64,000 nucleotides of DNA from Octopus bimaculoides. Lineage: Eukaryota. Positions within the stretch are counted from its first letter, which is position 1, and each line of letters begins with the position of its first letter. A program made the translations under genes and the position numbers. Below are positions 54,527 to 64,000 of the stretch, in pieces. Under the pieces are notes generated by a model that did no database searches, was not told the DNA's origin, and was given only the letters and a program-made list of their open reading frames with translations. Where the stretch lies: NCBI RefSeq assembly GCF_001194135.2, contig NC_068988.1, positions 56,541,076 to 56,605,075 on the forward strand. Direction: 5' to 3'.

Positions 54527-55986
54527 TAGTCAAAGAAGTCAACCTCAGGACTTATTCTTTGTAAGCCTAGTACTTATTCTATCGGTCTCTTTTCCTGAAC
54601 CACCACATTAAGGGTCATAAACACACCAGCATCGGTTGTCAAGTGATGGCAGTGGGAACAAATGCATGCACACACACACATATATACGATAGGCTTCTTT
54701 CAGTTTCCATCTACCAAATCCACTCTCAAGGTTTTGGTCAGCCTAAGGCTTTAGTAGAAGACACTTGCCCATGGTGCCATGCAGTGGAACTGAACCCAGA
54801 ACCATGTATGGTTGGGAACCATGTGGTTAGAAAGCAAGCTTCTTACCACATGGCCATGCCGGCCCCTAGATTTTGTTTTTACTTTGTCAAAATATTAGAT
54901 ATTTTTTCTTCTCACTCATCTGGGTTTATTCCAATTCATCGTCATCAGCGTTTAACATCCAATATATGAGAACCTCTCGTTATGTTTCAAGCATCATTTT
55001 GATAATGACAAAATAATTTTCATAATCTCTCCCCTCAGTTTTCTTGATTATTTTCAAACTTTACTGTAACAGATGGCGACTGTATTTCATTAGACTTATG
55101 GCAACCATCCATTTATCCATCTTTGTTGCTTACTAATCAATGGGGTGAGTTGTAGCAGGTAGAATCCTCATGCTCCTCCTCCATCAGGTCCTGTCAGAAA
55201 AAAAAAAACTGTTATTAAACCTTCCAGCTAGATTTCCCAAGCATAACCAACTGAGCTTGTGGATGTTATCCAACCATCTTGACATGGAGAGACTCTCTGA
55301 TCTCTCAGCTATGGCCTCTGTCAAGTGATGGGAGGCAAGAAACTGAATTAGGTGCAAGAAATGCAGGTAATGCACCATCTTCAGTATACAATCATCATCA
55401 GAGGAGAGGTTGCTATCTTCAGTTCAGTTTCTGTGCCTGTCCTCACCTATGATCATCAATGTTGAATAATGACCAAAAGTGCAAAATTATGGTAAGAACA
55501 GGGTTTATATATTAAATATGTAAGACAGCAAGTTGGCAGAATCATTAGCCTTCCGAGCAAGATGCTTAGCGGCATTTTGTCCATCTTTACATTCTGAGTT
55601 CATATTCTGCCGAGATCAGCTTTGCCTTTCATCCTTTTTGGGTCGTTATAAGGAGTATCAGTGGAGCACTGGGGGTCAGTGACATCAGCTTACCCCCCAA
55701 CCACTACCAAATTGCTAGCCTTTTGACATAATTTGAAACCAATATATTAGATATGTGAAGCCCATCCTTTCATCATAAGTGTACTCAAGGTTGAAGTGTG
55801 GAGCTAAACAGTAACAACAACAGTTGAAGTTAAAATGATTATTAAGATCAGTTGCAGGTGTAGGCATGGTTGTGTGGTAAGAAGTTTGCTTCCCAACTGT
55901 GTATTTTTAGGTTCAGTCCCACCGTATGGTACAGCACTTTGGGCAAGTATCTTCTACTATAACCTTGGGTTGACCAAAGAGAAGCC

Positions 55987-56018
<32 letters not shown>

Positions 56019-56585
56019 GCATTTGTGTTAGTGTCTCTTTGTCTTGACATTGCATGATAGTTGTAAATTAATCCTTTAGCATTTAAACCAGCCATATCCA
56101 CCTCAAAGTTTTCTACCAGTTTTATGTTCAAACTGGACAGATCTGATCTCTCAAAGTTACAAGATAATGCATAATTGATTCAAATCAATGAGACTATATA
56201 CGTATTACATTTAACAGAATAATCTGAATACTAAAGTGTTATTGCTACCATCATGCCAATGTTATTCTTCATTTCCCACTCTTTCATGAAAACATGTCTG
56301 GTATTATTTTACTTTGTAATAGTTGAGGGTTGCCAACAGGAAAGGTATCTGACTTATAGAAAATCCAACTCATACAAGCCCGGAAGATGTGAGGATAAAA
56401 CAATGAGGATGATGACGATGTTCACTTTAGTGTGCATCCATTTTTCCATCTTCAGTGGGTTTGGATTAAGATTGGTTTGAAGCAGGATTTTATTGTCAGT
56501 TGCTCTGCCTGTTACCAACTTTCTTCTGCTTTTTCAGTTAGAGCTATCTTTATTGCACATCTTCAGAATTTCTGTTTTATTCCAG

Positions 56586-56751
56586 GATTATATTGGTGAC
56601 CTGATTGAAGCAATGATGCAAAAAAGTCATGAAGAATTTGCTTTGGAGTGTTTAGGAGTGCTGGGCAACTTAACTATTTTAGAATTGAATTATGAAATGA
56701 TTATCAAAGAGTACAATCTCATAGCTTGGATAAAAAGCAAACTTCAACCAG
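56586..56751 (+). CDS. KIFAP3: KAP3 coding exon
   Basis: TCCAG acceptor ending 56585; GTACTG donor 56752. Translation DYIGDLIEAMMQKSHEEFALECLGVLGNLTILELNYEMIIKEYNLIAWIKSKLQP. Confidence 0.96.
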
Positions 56752-57810
56752 GTACTGAACAAGCTTTTTTTCTTTTTATATAGTTTTCTTTTTATATAGT
56801 TTTCTTTTTTATTATTCCTTTATTCTTTTACTGGTTTCAGCCAGAGGCTGGGGCCTTGCTGGAGCATCACCTATTAGTGTATATATCTTTTAATTTTTCT
56901 TTTTTTTTTTTAATGGTAGTCTCTCAAATTCAAGAAAGATGGTACCCAACTTTCTTGCTGAACAACTTACACAGTTGACTTGTTTATGTTGGTCAAATAT
57001 TTGTACTGTACACAAACTTGCTTCCTCCATTCAAATTGACATTGCCTGTCACTGTTTGTCACTGACATTGCCTGCATAGTGTGTCACACACCAGACATCA
57101 AAGTGGTAGTGTGTGTGTTAAACGATGATGGTATATAATAGATCAGGATTCAAGTGAATCAGACACTTAAATGGTAAAGCACCAGGTCAAGTGGAAAAAT
57201 AAAATGTGTACACAACAAAAATAGAGGAATACATTTGCAGGTACTGAAGTACAGGTAGAAAGATATTCAGGTTATGTATATGATTAACTGCACCTGACTG
57301 AGTATATCAATAGCACTGAGGCTAATCAAGAAACGCACATTGTAGAGTATGGAATACCATTCATAAACAAATAAGTTCTAACTAGCAAAAGACTATGACA
57401 GTATTATATCTATCATTTACATAGGCTCACTTTTGGGTGAGAGGAAACTCTGTGGAAGTCTGTTGCTCAATATATTTCATCTCTTTCAATCAAAGAGTAA
57501 CTTAGCCTTTCAGTAATTAGAGACTGGTAAAATAATTACCACTGAAATAAGTACTGAGAGTCAATAATATCATCACCATCATCATTATCATCATTTTATG
57601 TCTGTGTTTCCATGCTGTCATTGGATGAAACCTGTGCTAGCATGGAATATATGCTCACCGACTATTACAGACAGTGCTCCAGCATGGCCACAGTTCAGTC
57701 ACCAAAACTAAAGACAAAAACCTTGAGTGTTTCTGTAGATTTATTCTTTTAGTTTGTTCTTAATTATGATCTGTGATTCCAGTGTAAGTTTTGTTAATTG
57801 AAAATTATGA

Positions 57811-58254
<444 letters not shown>

Positions 58255-59201
58255 TAAAAGACACCATTTCGAGCGTGGCCGTCGCCAGTACCGCCTGACT
58301 GGCCCTCGTGCCGGTGGCACGTAAAACACCCACTACACTCTCGGAGTGGTTGGCGTTAGGAAGGGCATCCAGCTGTAGAATCTCTGCCAAATCAGATTGG
58401 AGCCTGGTGCCGCCTCTGGGTCCACCAGTCCTCAGTCAAATCGTCCAACCCATGCTAGCATGGAAAGCAGACGTTAAACGACGACGTATATATATATATA
58501 ATTAAAAAGGAATGTAATAATACATTGCAAAGGATATATCATAAATAATTAATATTTATTTATGAATATCAATGGCCAAACATGCAATAATAGGTTGCAT
58601 AAAAGAACGGTGTTTATAATTATGAATAAATTACAATTATAACAGAGAGGGTTGCAAAAACTCTTACATGTTTAGAAATAGCAGTCAAAAACCACTATAA
58701 AGGCACTATTTTCACTCATATCATATATCCTCAGAATAAAGCTATTTGCGAGCGACATGACATATAAAATCCACAATTTAAAAATAAAAAGGTTAATTCT
58801 CTATTGCAATTTCGAGGCTAGGAACCTATTATACCATATTATATACCGTATCCTAAAATAACAGAAATAAACCAGTCTTTTCTCATAAACACTGTACATG
58901 ACATTGGAATTCAGAATTTGAATGTGTAGACAGACGTTGTCACATTATTCTTGCCGGTCGGGATTCTTATAAACCCCAAGGTAAGATTTTGTATCAGTTT
59001 GTATCTATAGGAATATTCTCCTGACGAGAGGAATGGAAACATTGTCTTGTTTCTAACCTCAAAATTGTGATAGAGGATTAACCTTATGTTTTTAGATTTT
59101 GGATTTTATATGTCAAATTGCTTGCAGGCAGCTTTATCCTGAGGAGATATAATAGTCACACTTAGTGATGATTAAATTTTTCCTTTATATCTATGAATTA
59201 A

Positions 59202-59390
59202 GAAAAGTTCTGGAGTATAGTGAAAGCATTGGAAGAGGCCAGGATAGCACATGCTAGACTCAGGAGAGATTTAAAGAATGTTGCAGTCAAGAAGGTGAAT
59301 CTCAGTGATTTTTTTGCGTGCACAATTTGTCACAGATCATGCCTTTCTTTTGCTGGGCTCAAATCTCATTTGCAGACCCATGAACCTTAA
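59202..59390 (+). mobile_element. RTE-clade LINE ORF2 3' remnant with a C-terminal zinc-finger-like motif
   Basis: Open frame EKFWSIVKALEEARIAHARLRRDLKNVAVKKVNLSDFFACTICHRSCLSFAGLKSHLQTHEP* contains CxxCxRxCxSxxGLxSH, typical of the RTE ORF2 end. Confidence 0.7.
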
Positions 59391-59653
59391 CCAAACTATT
59401 TTGCTTATATATCTGTGCACTCCTTTCAATGCCATGTATGCCATAAGATCTGCAAATCTAATGGAGGCCTCAAAGACATTTTAAGATCCACAAAGATCAG
59501 AACTTAACTGCAGCTCATGGTGGTTCAAACCTGATATGCAATCTATGTATTTTCAGTACATTGTCTGATTTAAAAAGCCACATCAGATGCCATGATGGAT
59601 CTAAGATATAGGTACAAGAGGTGGTCAGACTCTGCATAGGGAGTAGACAACCA

Positions 59654-59694
<41 letters not shown>

Positions 59695-59916
59695 ATGGAC
59701 TCTCCATAGGTGACAAATAAGGGTTCCACTTGCTGAACAACCTGCACAGATGCTTTGATTATATTATTTATTTCAATGATTGTGCTGTACATTGGCTCAC
59801 TCATGTCAACTTTGTATACCTTTCTACAGCTACAAATTTTTCTGTAACTTCTTTCTCTATTGATAAGACTCAAACTTTGCTCTTCTAACAACCTGATTTA
59901 TATATTCCAACTCTGA

Positions 59917-62377
<2,461 letters not shown>

Positions 62378-62867
62378 TGATTATTTTTAACCTTCTGAAC
62401 TGTGGTAATTAACTTTTTTGTGATTATATTTCTGATAAGGACACTGTCTGTGTGTTTCATTTATTTTTTCCCATATAATCAGGATTTTTGGAGAGGCTTA
62501 GTAAAATACCTGTTATTTTATATCATCATCATTTTATGCATGGATCAGATGAGTCATTTCAATCTTATTTGGAGTTACTGTCCACCTAGATGGGTTGGAG
62601 GATCACATCTCACTCACATATTTCATCTGAAGCCTGGTGTCTGTGTCTTGTTGTCCTTCCTATCACAAATCACTTTACAGAATGGCTTGGATGTATTTTA
62701 ATCATTGCACCAGCACTAGAGAGGGTGAAAGAGATTTCAAGTCCTTGACAAGATAAGATTAAGGACTCTCTTGACTCTCTGCTCAAATGTTAACCACTTG
62801 GAAGAATGTACCGGATGCATTTACCATTACACACATAGGCTCTAGGGACTTACGCAAAAAAATGATA

Positions 62868-62919
<52 letters not shown>

Positions 62920-64000
62920 ATCATCATTTAATGTCCGTCTTCCATGCTGGTATGAGTTGGACAGTTTGACATGAGCCAACCAGGTAGAAGACTACCCCAG
63001 GCTACTGTGTCTGTTTTGACGTGGTTTTTATGGCTGGATGCCCTTCCTAACACCAACCACTCCATAGTGGACTGACTGCTTAATAACCCAAGTAATAATA
63101 AGACAAAGAAATTCTTTAACACATCTTTAATGATTCGTTACAATTGTTTCTGTTCCAACTCGACTTGCAACATCAGTTTACACAAAAATTCAAAGTGAAA
63201 ATTTACGTTATGTTTGTGGTTTTAGGCACACACACACACACACACATATACACACTCAGCCGACTTCTTTCAGTTTCTGTCTCCTAGATCCACTCAAGGC
63301 TTTGGTCAGCTTGGAGGTATAGTAAAAGACACTTGCCCAAGTTGCTATGCAGTGGAACTGAACCCCACCTCATCCTATTATTTCTATTTCCTTGTCCAAA
63401 ACAGCCTAACAAGGTTAAAGAAAACACTTGTTCCCCACTTACAGACTATTAAATAAAATACAGGAAATTATGTGGTAGAAATGTTAGCACATCTGACAAA
63501 ATGCCTTGTGGTGTTTGTTTTAGCTCTATACATTGTGGTTACAAATCCAGCCATGAACAACTTTGCCTTTCAAGTTTCTGGATCCAATAAAATAAAATAC
63601 CAGCCAAATATTGTGATTTAATCAACTGATTTCTTCATTATCATCATAATCATCATTTTAACGTCCACTTTTCCATGTTTGCATGGGTTAGACAACATTT
63701 ACTGAGGCAGATTTTCTGTGGCCAGATGTCCTTCCAGTCACCAATCTTTACATGTTCCCTAGCAATTTTTTATTTTCTCATGGCCAGAAATGTTTATGCA
63801 GAATACTGAAAATGAGCAACACTGCTTGTATGACAGTGACACTCATTTACAACTATGACATGATGTCAAGACAAGGTCTCATTCAAGTGTTGTGCCTATG
63901 TTGGAATCAATATTGTTGTTGTTATAATTTTGCATAGCAGAGAAAAAATATATTCTACCAAAACCTTTGCCTCTTGCATTTTCATGTTCTTATATTTACA

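Noticed and set aside
58914-58986. Strong AAG|GTAAGA donor suggesting a poison exon in KIFAP3
   Set aside because: Candidate acceptors lack pyrimidine tracts and the site lies in repeat-like sequence; no support from sequence alone.

Overview
This is AT-rich, microsatellite- and SINE-dense animal genomic DNA with nine N-gaps. The repeat families look like those of Octopus or another coleoid cephalopod (inferred from recognition, no search run). The one clearly supportable gene is KIFAP3/KAP3, the non-motor armadillo-repeat subunit of heterotrimeric kinesin-2, on the + strand. I traced 12 coding exons by hand from 35601 to 62368, all with phase-consistent junctions except one. One internal exon is missing and probably lies in an assembly gap, exon 1 is not securely identified, and the C-terminal exons lie beyond the window. 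The gene has two minor-spliceosome (U12-type) introns: an AT-AC intron at 44130-45582 and a GT-AG intron at 60041-62282, which share the branch-point 12-mer TTTCTTTAACTG. A CpG-rich stretch near 15.8-16.7 kb looks like a head-to-head promoter, with a candidate KIFAP3 exon 1 on + and a candidate unidentified spliced gene on -. Mobile DNA includes an internally deleted mariner with long TIRs, CR1/L2, RTE and Penelope-like remnants, minimal hammerhead-ribozyme motifs (one at the centre of a ~270-bp hairpin), and many SINE-like repeats. Almost all entries in the six-frame ORF track come from microsatellites, gaps or repeats.
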